64,000 bases of DNA from Candidatus Eiseniibacteriota bacterium (GTDB lineage Bacteria; Orphanbacterota; Orphanbacteria; Orphanbacterales; Orphanbacteraceae), in assembly GCA_024276995.1 (NCBI GenBank), contig JAJRWB010000014.1, positions 71,712 through 135,711 of the forward strand, in the 5' to 3' direction. The notes beneath the pieces were generated by a model. It ran no database searches. It was given only the letters and a program-made list of their open reading frames with translations, and was not told the origin of the DNA. A program made the translations under genes and the position numbers. How positions within the stretch are numbered: the stretch's first letter is position 1; each line of letters opens with the position of its first letter. This document shows positions 1-10,876 of this stretch, in pieces.

Positions 1-449
1 TCGGCCTCGGCGCGCGCGACTCGCTCCGTCTCGAAATGGCGTATTGCCTTTACGGGAAGGATATCGATGAGACGGTGAACCCGGTGGAGGCGAAGTTGAC
101 GTGGACGGTGCGCGGGAAGAAAGAGGAGTGGATCGGGAAGGAAGCGTACCGGGAGGTGAAGGAGAAGGGGACCGATCGGCTGCTCACCGGTTTTCTCCTT
201 GGGAAAAAGGAGATACCGAGGCACGGTTTCGATATTCTTCACGAGGGCGCCCGGGTAGGCGTCATCACGAGCGGCGGCTATTCTCCCACGTGCCGGGCGG
301 GGATCGCCCTCGGCTACGTGAACACCGCCGTCGCGACCGCCAGCGAAGGTTTTGAAGTGAACATCCGCGGTCGCCGCGCGCCGGCGACCCCCGTGAGGGG
401 ATCGTTCGTCCCCTCATCGGTGAAGGGGGACGAGGAGGACTCGAAGTGA
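1..449 (+). CDS. gcvT: glycine cleavage system T protein (aminomethyltransferase), C-terminal part; gene begins upstream of the window
   Basis: The ORF 36..449 translation (..GVITSGGYSPTCRAGIALGYV..) matches the GcvT C-terminal domain. The frame stays open to position 1. It is followed by gcvH and gcvP. Confidence 0.8.
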   Translation, partial: GLGARDSLRLEMAYCLYGKDIDETVNPVEAKLTWTVRGKKEEWIGKEAYREVKEKGTDRLLTGFLLGKKEIPRHGFDILHEGARVGVITSGGYSPTCRAGIALGYVNTAVATASEGFEVNIRGRRAPATPVRGSFVPSSVKGDEEDSK

Positions 450-838
450 ACATTCCGGAAGACCGCCAGTACACGAGGGAACACGAGTGGATTCTCGTGG
501 ATGACGGCATCGCCACGATCGGCGTCACCGACTTCGCGCAGTCGGAGCTGGGGGACATCGTGTTCATCGAACTTCCCGACGTCGGCGACGTGATGAGCGC
601 CGACGATACGGTGGCGACCATCGAGGCGGTGAAAACCGTGGCCGATCTCTTCACCCCTTTCCCGGGTAAAGTGGTGGAAGTGAACGAGCGGCTCGCCGAG
701 GATCCCGACCTGGTGAACCGCGATCCGTACGGCGAGGGATGGATCGTTCGGATCGAGGTGGATGGAGAAGGGGAGGTCGGTGACCTGCTCGAAGCGGCGG
801 AGTACAACAGCCTGGTGGAAGAGGAAGGCGCCGACTGA
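446..838 (+). CDS. gcvH: glycine cleavage system H protein (lipoyl carrier)
   Basis: 130-aa ORF with the lipoyl-Lys motif region (..TIEAVKTVADLF..). GTGA overlap with the gcvT stop. Confidence 0.9.
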   Translation: MNIPEDRQYTREHEWILVDDGIATIGVTDFAQSELGDIVFIELPDVGDVMSADDTVATIEAVKTVADLFTPFPGKVVEVNERLAEDPDLVNRDPYGEGWIVRIEVDGEGEVGDLLEAAEYNSLVEEEGAD

Positions 839-863
839 ACGGGGCGGCGCGCGGAGTGCGACG

Positions 864-2237
864 ATGAGCTATATCCCTCACCGCGAGGAAGACCGCCGCC
901 GCATGCTTGATGCGATCGGCGTCGGGGGCATCGACGACCTGATGGAGGAAGTGCCGGAAGAACTCCGGTTTTGCGACGAACTTCCCCTCGGCCGCGCCCT
1001 CTCCCAGCAAGAGCTGATCGAGGAAATCGACCGCGCCGCGGCGCGATGCGCCGGCTCGACGGTCGATGCGTTCCTCGGGGGAGGGATCTACGATCACTAC
1101 ACCCCCTCGCTCGCCGAGGCGACGATGGCGCGTCCCGAGTTCTACTCGGCCTACACGCCCTACCAGGCGGAAGTGAGCCAAGGGACGCTCCAGGCGATGT
1201 TCGAATTCCAGAGCCTCCTATGCGATCTCACGGCGATGCCCCTGGCGAATGCTTCCCTGTACGACGGCGCCACCGCCCTTGTCGAGGCGCTTTGGATGGC
1301 GGTGTCCGAGGGGAAGGGGCGGACCTCCGTGGTGGTGCCGCGAACGCTGAACCCCCGTTACCGGGCGGTGCTTCACTCCCATGTCGCCGGGAGGATGACC
1401 CTCGACGAGGTGGACGTCGACGGCCGGGGCCGGATCGACGAGGCCGCCCTCGCCGCGGCGCTTTCGGACGACACCGCCGCGGTGGTCGTGCAGAACCCGA
1501 ACTACTTCGGCCACCTGGAGGATGTGCGGGCCGTGTCCGAGGCCGCGCACGGCGCCGGGGCGCTGTTGATTCACGTCTTCGAGCCGGTCAGCCTCGCCCT
1601 TCTCGAGCCGCCCGGCGCCGCGGGGGCGGATATCGCCGTGGGCGAGGGCCGCGCCCTCGGATCACCGATCAACTTCGGCGGACCTTTGATCGGCCTTTTC
1701 ACGTGCGCCGAGCGGTTCCTGAGGAAGATGCCGGGAAGGCTCTCTGGACTGACCGAGGACCAGGACGAAAAAAGAGCGTTCACCCTTACCCTCCAGACGA
1801 GGGAGCAGCATATCCGCAGGGGGAAGGCGACGTCGAACATCTGCACCAACCAGCAACTCCTGTCGCTCGGTGCGCTCGTCCATCTCGCCTCTCTCGGTCC
1901 CGAAGGGTTCCGCCGAGCGGCGCTCCTGACGCAGGAAAGGGCGCTCCGGCTGCGCGATGCCCTCGGTGCGGCGGGCGCCGAGTTCCCTTTCCCGGAAACG
2001 CCTTTCTTCCGGGAGTTCGTCGTGCGGATCCCCGAACCTCTCGTCGCGGCGCTCCTGGAAGAGAGGATCGTCCCGGGAATCTCCCTGGAGGGCGACTATC
2101 CCGAGTACGGAAGCTGCCGTCTCGTGGCGGTCACCGAGAAACGCAGCCTCGAATCGATCGATCGCTTCGCCGTGACGGCGGGCCGTTTCATGGAGAAAAG
2201 GACGGGAGGGCGCCATGCCGATTCCGCTCCTCTTTGA
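864..2237 (+). CDS. gcvPA: glycine dehydrogenase (decarboxylating) subunit 1
   Basis: ORF 762..2237. ATG at 864 gives MSYIPHREEDRRRML.., the typical GcvPA N-terminus. PLP-fold motifs are present. The upstream in-frame Met is probably an N-extension artefact. Confidence 0.85.
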   Translation: MSYIPHREEDRRRMLDAIGVGGIDDLMEEVPEELRFCDELPLGRALSQQELIEEIDRAAARCAGSTVDAFLGGGIYDHYTPSLAEATMARPEFYSAYTPYQAEVSQGTLQAMFEFQSLLCDLTAMPLANASLYDGATALVEALWMAVSEGKGRTSVVVPRTLNPRYRAVLHSHVAGRMTLDEVDVDGRGRIDEAALAAALSDDTAAVVVQNPNYFGHLEDVRAVSEAAHGAGALLIHVFEPVSLALLEPPGAAGADIAVGEGRALGSPINFGGPLIGLFTCAERFLRKMPGRLSGLTEDQDEKRAFTLTLQTREQHIRRGKATSNICTNQQLLSLGALVHLASLGPEGFRRAALLTQERALRLRDALGAAGAEFPFPETPFFREFVVRIPEPLVAALLEERIVPGISLEGDYPEYGSCRLVAVTEKRSLESIDRFAVTAGRFMEKRTGGRHADSAPL

Positions 2238-3696
2238 GATCGCCCGAGGGCGAAGCGCCGATCACCTTCCCGCCACCGAGCGGCCGGAGGAGGAGATCGC
2301 ACGCTCTATTCCCGGGAAGTTTCGCAGAGAAGGGCCGCTGCCGATCCCCGAGGTGGCGGAACTCGATCTGGCCCGCCACGTGGAGCGTCTGGCGAAGCGA
2401 AATCATTATATAGAAAAAGATATCTACCCTCTCGGTTCGTGCACGATGAAGTACAACCCGAAGGTGCATGAAAAGGTGGCCGCCGACGGCCGCATCGCCG
2501 CACTCCATCCTCTCCTTCCGGAGAAGCACGTGCAAGGCGCCCTCGGCCTCCTCGTCGAATTGGAGGAAAGTCTCACGGCGATCACCGGCATGGACGGCTT
2601 CACCCTCCAACCGGCGGCGGGGGCGCACGGCGAGTTCACCGCCATGAAGATGATCGATGCGTTCTACCGGAAGAAGGGGGAGAGGAGGATCAAGGTGATT
2701 ACACCCGACTCCGCCCACGGGACGAACCCGGCGTCGGTGCGTCGCGTCGGGTTCGAGGCGGTGGAGGTGAAGAGCAACGAGCGGGGGGAGCTGTCGATCC
2801 GCCGTCTCGAGGAGGTGGCCGACGAATCGACGGCGGCGCTCATGCTGACGCTGCCGAATACGCTCGGGCTCTTCGAAACGCAGCTATCGCGGATCATGGA
2901 AATCATGCACGGTGTGGGGGCGCAGGTCTATCTCGACGGCGCGAATATGAACGCCCTTCTCGGGCTGATCCGGCCTGGGGACGTCGGTTTCGACGTGATG
3001 CATTGCAACGTGCACAAGACCTTCGCCACCCCTCACGGCGGCGGCGGTCCCGGCGCCGGGCCGGTTGGAGTGAAGGAGCACCTCCTCCCCTTTCTTCCCT
3101 CCCCGCGGCCGGAGAGGAGGGAAGGGGGATTCCGGTGGGGCGGAGCATCGCTCGACTCGATCGGCCCCGTGCATTCGTTCTGGGGAAACTTCGGTGTTCT
3201 CCTGAAGGCGTATGCCTATATCCGCCATCTCGGCGCGGCCGGTCTCGTCGAGGTGCAGCGCCACGCCGTGCTCAACGCTAACTACTTGCGGAAGCGGATC
3301 GAGAAAGAGTATCCCGTGCCCTACGAGAGAAGGGCGATGCATGAGTTCGTCTCCTCCGCACTTCGCTTCCGGAGCGCCGGCGTCCACGGCGCGGACATCG
3401 GGAAGAGATTGCTCGACTTCGGATTCTATGCCCCGACAATCGCTTTTCCCCTCATCGTCAAGGAAGCGCTCATGATCGAGCCGACCGAGACGGAGAGCCT
3501 CGAAACGATCGACCGCTTCGCGGACGCGCTTCTGGAGATCGCACGGGAGATCGCCGAGGAACCGGAGACGGTCCGCTCCGCCCCCCACACCACGGCGATT
3601 CGCCGCGTAAACGAGAGTCTCGCGTCGAGGAAACCGGTGCTCCGGTGGACCGGCGCCGCGCCGCCGCGCTGGACATCGCCGCCGCTGGTCGTATAG
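2215..3696 (+). CDS. gcvPB: glycine dehydrogenase (decarboxylating) subunit 2
   Basis: 493-aa ORF carrying ..GSCTMKYNPK.. and NVHKTFATPHGGGGPG (PLP-lysine region). Overlaps the gcvPA end. Confidence 0.9.
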   Translation: MPIPLLFEIARGRSADHLPATERPEEEIARSIPGKFRREGPLPIPEVAELDLARHVERLAKRNHYIEKDIYPLGSCTMKYNPKVHEKVAADGRIAALHPLLPEKHVQGALGLLVELEESLTAITGMDGFTLQPAAGAHGEFTAMKMIDAFYRKKGERRIKVITPDSAHGTNPASVRRVGFEAVEVKSNERGELSIRRLEEVADESTAALMLTLPNTLGLFETQLSRIMEIMHGVGAQVYLDGANMNALLGLIRPGDVGFDVMHCNVHKTFATPHGGGGPGAGPVGVKEHLLPFLPSPRPERREGGFRWGGASLDSIGPVHSFWGNFGVLLKAYAYIRHLGAAGLVEVQRHAVLNANYLRKRIEKEYPVPYERRAMHEFVSSALRFRSAGVHGADIGKRLLDFGFYAPTIAFPLIVKEALMIEPTETESLETIDRFADALLEIAREIAEEPETVRSAPHTTAIRRVNESLASRKPVLRWTGAAPPRWTSPPLVV

Positions 3697-3733
3697 TCGT
3701 ACCGCGAAACGGTAACGCGCCGGGAGAACGCCG

Positions 3734-4719
<986 letters not shown>

Positions 4720-4723
<4 letters not shown>

Positions 4724-5712
4724 GCGGGGGGAAAGAGATCTTCCGCGCGCGCGCAGTGGTGAAGGAGTACATCCCGGGAAGGGGCTTCTTCGGCCGGAGC
4801 CGCCGGCCGGTGCGCGCCCTCGACGGGGTCGACCTTTCGATCGACGAGGGGGAAGTGGTCGCCCTCGTCGGGGAGAGCGGCTCGGGGAAGAGCACCTTCG
4901 CGCGAATAGCCGTCGGTCTCGAGCCGCCGACCTCCGGGTCGATCCGCCTCGGCGGAATCGACATCGCGCCGGGCGACAAGGCGGCGCTACGTGCCGCCCG
5001 CCGGCGGATGCAGATCATTTTCCAAGACCCGTCGGGATCGCTCAACCCGCGGATCACCGCGGGAGAGGCGCTCGCCGAGGTGATCCGCGTCCATCGTCGC
5101 GCTCCGCGCCGCGCGGCGAAAGAAGCCGCCGTCGATCTGCTCGAACGGGTCGGACTCGGCGGCGACGATTATCGACGCTATCCCCACGAGTTCAGCGGGG
5201 GACAGCGCCAGAGAATCGCCATCGCCCGCTCCCTCGCGGCGTCGCCCCGCTTTCTCGTGGCGGACGAGCCACTCTCGGCGCTCGATGTTTCGATTCAGGC
5301 TCAGATCCTTCATCTCCTGATCCGCCTGAAGAAGGAGTTCGCACTGACCCTACTGTTCATCACCCATAATCTGGCGGTCGTGGAAAACATCGCCGACAGG
5401 GTCGCGGTGCTCTACCGCGGGCGGATCCAGGAGGAAGGCCCCGCCGGACTTCTCCTTCGCACGCCGCTCCACCCCTACACGAAGGAACTCGTCGCCGCGG
5501 CGGTTCTTTTCAGGCCGGGCGGCGGGCGCCCCGTCGCCGATCTCTCCTCCGCCGTTCTACCCGATCCTCCGGCGGCGGAAGGGTGCCCCTTCGAGCCGCG
5601 ATGTCCGATCGCCCGGGCGCGCTGCGTCGGCGCGCGGATCGAAGCGATCGACACCGGCGGGGGGAGAAAGGTGGCCTGTCTCAGGGCGACCGGGGAAGAC
5701 ACCCCTGCTTAG
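4720..5712 (+). CDS. ABC transporter ATP-binding protein, oligopeptide/dipeptide (OppF/DppF) type
   Basis: ORF 4108..5712. The conserved part starts near a TTG at 4720 that overlaps the upstream stop. Motifs GESGSGKST, FSGGQRQR and a C-terminal ..CPFEPRCP.. extension. The exact start is uncertain. Confidence 0.75.
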
Positions 5713-5737
5713 AGTGTGATTTTCCAGGGGTTAGCCC

Positions 5738-5766
5738 CTTGACACTCCCTGGGCCGCTTGGTAGAG
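5738..5766 (+). promoter_or_regulatory. sigma-70-type promoter TTGACA-N17-TAGAGT upstream of the TonB-dependent receptor gene
   Basis: Exact TTGACA at 5738-5743, a 17-nt spacer, then TAGAGT at 5761-5766. The SD sequence AAAGGAG and an ATG at 5857 lie downstream. Confidence 0.5.
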
Positions 5767-5856
5767 TGCGCGGAGTGTGCGGCGCAAAAACGGGATCGAT
5801 CCGGGCGGGCGGCCGCACCGTTCGAGAAATGGTTCTTGCCGAAAGGAGCGGAGAGT

Positions 5857-8571
5857 ATGTTCGGAAAGAAAGGTTCTTTCTGGCGTTGCCCCGTACTCCT
5901 CGTATTGCTCGTCCTAGCGGCCGCACCCCCATCGCAGGTTCTAGGGCAAAACCAGGATACCGGGATTCTGTCCGGGACCGTCCGTGACAAGGATACGGGC
6001 AAGCCGATCCCCTGGGCCGATGTGCTCGTCGAGGGAACGGGCAAGGGCGCCGTCGTCCAGGCGAACGGCACGTTCACACTGCCCGGTATCCCGGCCGGGA
6101 TGCACAACATCATCGTCAGCCGGATCGGCTACGAATCGAAGACGACGGAAAACTACAACGTCGTCGCCGGCACCGTGAATCCCCTGAACGTTCTTCTCGC
6201 CCCGCTCGCCACGAGGATGAAAGCGGTCAGCGTGGAAGGGGAAGACGACGAAGTGGACATCGAGTCGTCCACGTCGAGCAACAAGATCACCAAGGAAGAA
6301 TTCAAGGTGAGGGCGATCAACAACGTGACCGACGCCCTCGCGAAACAGCCGGGCGTGATCGTCGATCCGGGAGGCGGTGTCCATGTCCGGGGAAGCCGGA
6401 CCGACGAAACGAAGTACTACGTCGACGGCATGCCGGTGACGAACGCCTTCCAGGCGGGTACGTCGCTCAACGTCTCGTTCGCCGCGCTCTCCGAGATCGA
6501 GCTGCTCAGCGGCGGGTTCGACGCCGAGTATGGAAACGCCTCTTCGGGTATCGTGAATATCACCACCGCGGAGGGAGGACGCACTTTTTCCGGGCTGGTT
6601 CGGTTCTTCACCGACGATTTCGGGGCGCCCGACAAGACGTACTACAACTCGGACGATCTCGCCCTCGCTCTCGGCGGTCCGGTGCTCTCGAAGGATTTGC
6701 GTTTCTACCTGTCGGGCGAAGGGATCTGGAGCAACACGTACCTGCCGGTGAACCGGGAATACAACAAGCACAAGATTCTCGGCATCACCTTCCGCGACAG
6801 GAATGATAATTCGTACCAGGGCCAGGGGAAACTGACCTATTTCTTCACACCCGAGAAAAAACTTTCAACGGAAATGCTTTATACGCGGCGGATCCGTGCG
6901 CCGTACAGGCACACTCTCAGTCGCACCGGTTGGTGGTCCGCCGAGAACCGGCACTGGTGGTTCGAGCCTCTCGATTCGACCTATGTGTTCTACTCCGGCC
7001 CGGAGCATGACACCCGGATCGCGCGGATCGACCAGCAGGCGAGCCTCAGCTGGACGCATACTCTCTCGCCGGAAACGTATTACACCGCCAAGCTGGCGCG
7101 GTTCAGCAGCAACAACCTGGAGAGGGTCGGGCAGAAGAATCCCCGAGACTATCTCCCCTTCTTCGGCACCGAAAACCAGATCGATCCATTGAACCGGTAT
7201 TTCGCCGTGGAGGGAGACTATCCCCTGTACGACGAATACCAGTCCTCCACGGTGACATTGAAAACGGACCTCACGAGCCAGTTCCACCGGAAACACAGGG
7301 GAAAGATGGGGCTGCAGCTCGACTACTACGACATGGCGAATTTCAACGCCCAGTTCCCCGATTCGAACAACATCGAGGGACGGTTTCCCGACAGGTACCA
7401 CGTATACTCGTGGGGGGGTGCCCTGTACGCGCAGGACCGCTTCACATACGAAGGAATGGTGGTGAACGGCGGGCTGCGCTGGGATTTCTATGATCCCGGT
7501 CTCAAGGCGGTCCGGCTCGACAACGAATCGCGTGCGTCCCGCTTCCTTCCGCCGAATGATATCTCCCTCGGCGCGCGGCTCAACTCGCAGATCAGTCCTC
7601 GCCTCGGCATGGCGTACCCGATCACCGACCGGGATGTTCTTCATTTTCATTACGGCCGTTTCTACCAGCTGCCGAGTCTCTCCGACATGTACACCTCCAT
7701 CGGCGTGACGAACCAGACCCCCGGAAGCGTCACGGGGAACGTCAGTCTCGATCCGGTGAAGACGATCAGTTACGAACTCGGCGTCGATCACCAGCTCACG
7801 GGGCTGCTCAATCTCGACATGACGGTTTTCTTCAAGGATATCTTCGGATGGATCGATACGCAGGAAGATCCGAACGGAACGCTGGCGAGCACCGGGGCGG
7901 ACCCGGCGGTCACTTTCGTGAACCAGGCGTACGGCACGGTGAAGGGTCTTGAGTTCAAGCTACGCCGGAAGTTCCGAAACAAGTTCGGCGGCAGCCTGGT
8001 CTACACCCTTTCACGCGCCACCGGGACGCACTCCGATCCGAACACGCAGCTCCTCATCGGTCTCGGCCAGCTGAACCGGAAGCCTCTCGGTGAGAGTCCC
8101 CTCGATTGGGACCGCACCCATACGCTGGTGGGGAACCTGATCCTCTCCGACCCCGGGGTGTGGGAGATCTCCACCGACTTCACATACCAAAGCGGCGCAC
8201 CGTTCACGCCGCAGGAGTTCAACCAGCGGCAGGTCCTCGCGGAGGATGTGAACAGCGGACGGCTGCCGGAAGAATCGTGGCTCGACATCCGGGCGAACAA
8301 GCTCTATTCGATGTACGGGCAGGAATTCAGGCTCTATGTGGAAGGGACGAACCTCCTCGATCGCCGGAATATCGCCACCTTCGATCCGAGCGATTTTCCG
8401 AGCAATACGGGACTCCACGCCGAGTACTATACCGAGGAGGGGCAACTCGGCGGCGCGTACAATCTGCACGAAGTGAATGCGTCGAGCGAGGACCGCTACA
8501 TTCCCCTGAACGACCCAAGGGTATTCGACCCGGGTCGCGCCTTGAAGATGGGTATCATGCTCGACTGGTAG
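5857..8571 (+). CDS. TonB-dependent outer-membrane receptor, SusC/RagA-like, with an N-terminal carboxypeptidase-regulatory-like domain
   Basis: ORF 5758..8571. ATG at 5857 with SD GGAG. Signal peptide MFGKKGSFWRCPVLLVLLVLAAAPPSQVLG. A CarbopepD_reg-like stretch (GILSGTVRD..TGKPIPWADVLVEGTGKGAVVQANGTFTL), plug-domain motifs, and a C-terminal beta-barrel region. Confidence 0.8.
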   Translation: MFGKKGSFWRCPVLLVLLVLAAAPPSQVLGQNQDTGILSGTVRDKDTGKPIPWADVLVEGTGKGAVVQANGTFTLPGIPAGMHNIIVSRIGYESKTTENYNVVAGTVNPLNVLLAPLATRMKAVSVEGEDDEVDIESSTSSNKITKEEFKVRAINNVTDALAKQPGVIVDPGGGVHVRGSRTDETKYYVDGMPVTNAFQAGTSLNVSFAALSEIELLSGGFDAEYGNASSGIVNITTAEGGRTFSGLVRFFTDDFGAPDKTYYNSDDLALALGGPVLSKDLRFYLSGEGIWSNTYLPVNREYNKHKILGITFRDRNDNSYQGQGKLTYFFTPEKKLSTEMLYTRRIRAPYRHTLSRTGWWSAENRHWWFEPLDSTYVFYSGPEHDTRIARIDQQASLSWTHTLSPETYYTAKLARFSSNNLERVGQKNPRDYLPFFGTENQIDPLNRYFAVEGDYPLYDEYQSSTVTLKTDLTSQFHRKHRGKMGLQLDYYDMANFNAQFPDSNNIEGRFPDRYHVYSWGGALYAQDRFTYEGMVVNGGLRWDFYDPGLKAVRLDNESRASRFLPPNDISLGARLNSQISPRLGMAYPITDRDVLHFHYGRFYQLPSLSDMYTSIGVTNQTPGSVTGNVSLDPVKTISYELGVDHQLTGLLNLDMTVFFKDIFGWIDTQEDPNGTLASTGADPAVTFVNQAYGTVKGLEFKLRRKFRNKFGGSLVYTLSRATGTHSDPNTQLLIGLGQLNRKPLGESPLDWDRTHTLVGNLILSDPGVWEISTDFTYQSGAPFTPQEFNQRQVLAEDVNSGRLPEESWLDIRANKLYSMYGQEFRLYVEGTNLLDRRNIATFDPSDFPSNTGLHAEYYTEEGQLGGAYNLHEVNASSEDRYIPLNDPRVFDPGRALKMGIMLDW

Positions 8572-8610
8572 GACCACCGGGTGGTCCGCACCGCTGGGGA
8601 GGCTCGAAAA

Positions 8611-10806
8611 ATGTCTGGCCGTTATGGGAATCGATCAGTAACCGGAGGCGTGGGACGGTTCGCCGGCGGGGCGCCTTGTGCCCTTCTCGTCGTTGCGGTG
8701 CTCCTCGCCGTCATCGCCGGCGTCGGCTCGGCGCGGATGACCGATGAGCAACTCGGCGCGTCGGCACAGATTCCGGAAAACGTCTCTCCCGTGCTCCGGT
8801 TCCTGACGAATTTCCACAACGTGGGGAAACTGATTCTCCATATTTCGAACCAAGGGATCTTCGGCACCTTCGGGACGGCCGATTTCAACGTCGCCCCGTC
8901 CGCGCAATGGCCGCCGGGAGTGCCGCATGAATACCTCTACGCCGCCGGCATCTGGCTGGGGGGCGTGATCGAAACCGAAGGGGGAGATGTCGACACCCTT
9001 GTCTCGGCGGCGGTCTACCAGCGGGAGTTCTGGCCCGACTTTTTCGATCCCCTTGCCACGATCTACGAAACCTGGGAGGGTCGCCCCGGGCGGCAGCGCT
9101 ATTTCGATGACGACGGCGACGGCTCGGTCGACGAAGACGAGATCGACGGCATCAACAACGATCCGTGGAACGACACGCGGATCGACGAGGATCACGCCGC
9201 CATCAGCCAGCAGATGTTCCGCTGCACGTACTATGACACCACCGATTTCAACGATCGGATTTCCGACCCGAGATCGTTCCACTATCCCATCGGGTTGAAG
9301 GTGACCCAGGAGAGCTACCAGTGGGTGGGGCCGAACTGGGACGATTTCGTCGGAATCGACTTCACCATCGAGAATATTTCCCAGAGGAGCATTCGCGCCG
9401 CGTACGTCGGCTTCATGGTCGATTCGGATGTGGGAAACACGAGGCTCACCGATGCGATCTTCAACGATGATCTTTCCAATTTCATCAGCCAGGATACGAC
9501 TTTGATCGTGCCGGGGGCGGAACCGGAGGATCTCAGTTTGAATATCGCCTACATGCGCGATGCCGAGGGAGGAGACGACGGCTCGGACGCCGACGGTCTT
9601 TTCGGTGTCATGTTTCTCGGCCACACCGTCGACTCGAGCGGGATCAACGCGCCGGCGAAGGTGGAGATCCACGCCTACCGGTCATGGTCGAGCGGCGAGG
9701 AGGATCCGGAGGACGACAGGGAGCGGTACCGCTATCTCAGGGGGAACCGGAACGAGCCCCCGGGAAGTCCGATCTGGCTCCAGCATATCGACCCCCCCGA
9801 ATTGAGGCCGGCCGATTACCGGATGCTCGTTTCCGCAGGGCCGTTTCGGGAAATCCTTCCGGGCGACGTGTTGAAGTTCCAGTCGGCCTTCGTCATCCTC
9901 GACAGCAAGGGCCTGAACCGTGACGACGAGAATGTCGTGCGGACCCAAATGCTCGGAAACGCGATCGCCGCGCAACGAATCTTCAACCGCGACTGGACGG
10001 CCGCATCGGCGCCTCCGCCCCCGAACCAACGACTCATACCCGGCGATCACAGGATCACCCTCGAGTGGGACGACTTCTCCGAGCTCACCCCCGACCCCCT
10101 TTCGAGAAAGCTCGATTTCCAGGGGTATGAGATCTGGAAGTCGGTCGGATGGAGGCGCGAAACCGCCGACCCGGGTGACGACACGTGGTTCCTCATCGCC
10201 GATATCGACAAGGAGGAACTGTCCAACTTCGACACCGGCGCCCAGGGGGTGGGAAAATATCGTTACATCGATTCGAAGGATGTGAAAAACGGTTTCCCGT
10301 ACTGGTACGCCGTAGTCGCCTACGATCAGGGCGACCCGGAAGCGGGGATCGCGCCGGAGCACGGCAAATTTTCCCAGGCGAAGCAGCTCGTTTACGCCCG
10401 TTTCAGCCCGACCCGGTCGCTCGACGACGCCGTGGACGTGTACGACGTGGACGAGGCGACGGGCGAAGTGTCGGCGAAGGAGATCCGGACCGTGCAGAAC
10501 GTCCGCGTCGTTCCGAATCCGTACAAGGAGAGGGCGGCCTGGGACGAGAGCGACTCGGCGATGAACCCGACGGGGAGAAAGATCTACTTCGTCAATCTCC
10601 CGGAAAGGGCGACGATTACGATTTACACCCTTGCCGGTGATCTGGTACAGACGATTGAGCACAACTACACCACGAGTCCGGAAATCGACAGAACGTTCTG
10701 GAACCTGGTGTCGAGGAACAATCAGGAAGTGGTGAGCGGAATCTACATCTACCATATCCAGTCGGAGGTGGGAGAGAAGGTGGGACGCTTCGCTATTCTC
10801 CGTTGA
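8611..10806 (+). CDS. secreted surface protein of unknown function with Asp-rich Ca-binding-like repeats, an FN3-like region and a T9SS C-terminal sorting domain (Por_Secre_tail-like)
   Basis: ORF 8581..10806. ATG at 8611 with SD GGGGAGG. Signal peptide. DDDGDGSVDEDEIDGINNDPWND repeats. C-terminus VVPNPY..ATITIYTLAGDLVQTI..VVSGIYIYHIQSE..GRFAILR, typical of T9SS CTDs. Confidence 0.7.
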   Translation: MSGRYGNRSVTGGVGRFAGGAPCALLVVAVLLAVIAGVGSARMTDEQLGASAQIPENVSPVLRFLTNFHNVGKLILHISNQGIFGTFGTADFNVAPSAQWPPGVPHEYLYAAGIWLGGVIETEGGDVDTLVSAAVYQREFWPDFFDPLATIYETWEGRPGRQRYFDDDGDGSVDEDEIDGINNDPWNDTRIDEDHAAISQQMFRCTYYDTTDFNDRISDPRSFHYPIGLKVTQESYQWVGPNWDDFVGIDFTIENISQRSIRAAYVGFMVDSDVGNTRLTDAIFNDDLSNFISQDTTLIVPGAEPEDLSLNIAYMRDAEGGDDGSDADGLFGVMFLGHTVDSSGINAPAKVEIHAYRSWSSGEEDPEDDRERYRYLRGNRNEPPGSPIWLQHIDPPELRPADYRMLVSAGPFREILPGDVLKFQSAFVILDSKGLNRDDENVVRTQMLGNAIAAQRIFNRDWTAASAPPPPNQRLIPGDHRITLEWDDFSELTPDPLSRKLDFQGYEIWKSVGWRRETADPGDDTWFLIADIDKEELSNFDTGAQGVGKYRYIDSKDVKNGFPYWYAVVAYDQGDPEAGIAPEHGKFSQAKQLVYARFSPTRSLDDAVDVYDVDEATGEVSAKEIRTVQNVRVVPNPYKERAAWDESDSAMNPTGRKIYFVNLPERATITIYTLAGDLVQTIEHNYTTSPEIDRTFWNLVSRNNQEVVSGIYIYHIQSEVGEKVGRFAILR

Positions 10807-10876
10807 AAAGGACGGCGCCTGTAACGCCCATGTTCGCGGGGGCGATCGGAAAGTGAATGGAAGGGAGGAGAGAACG

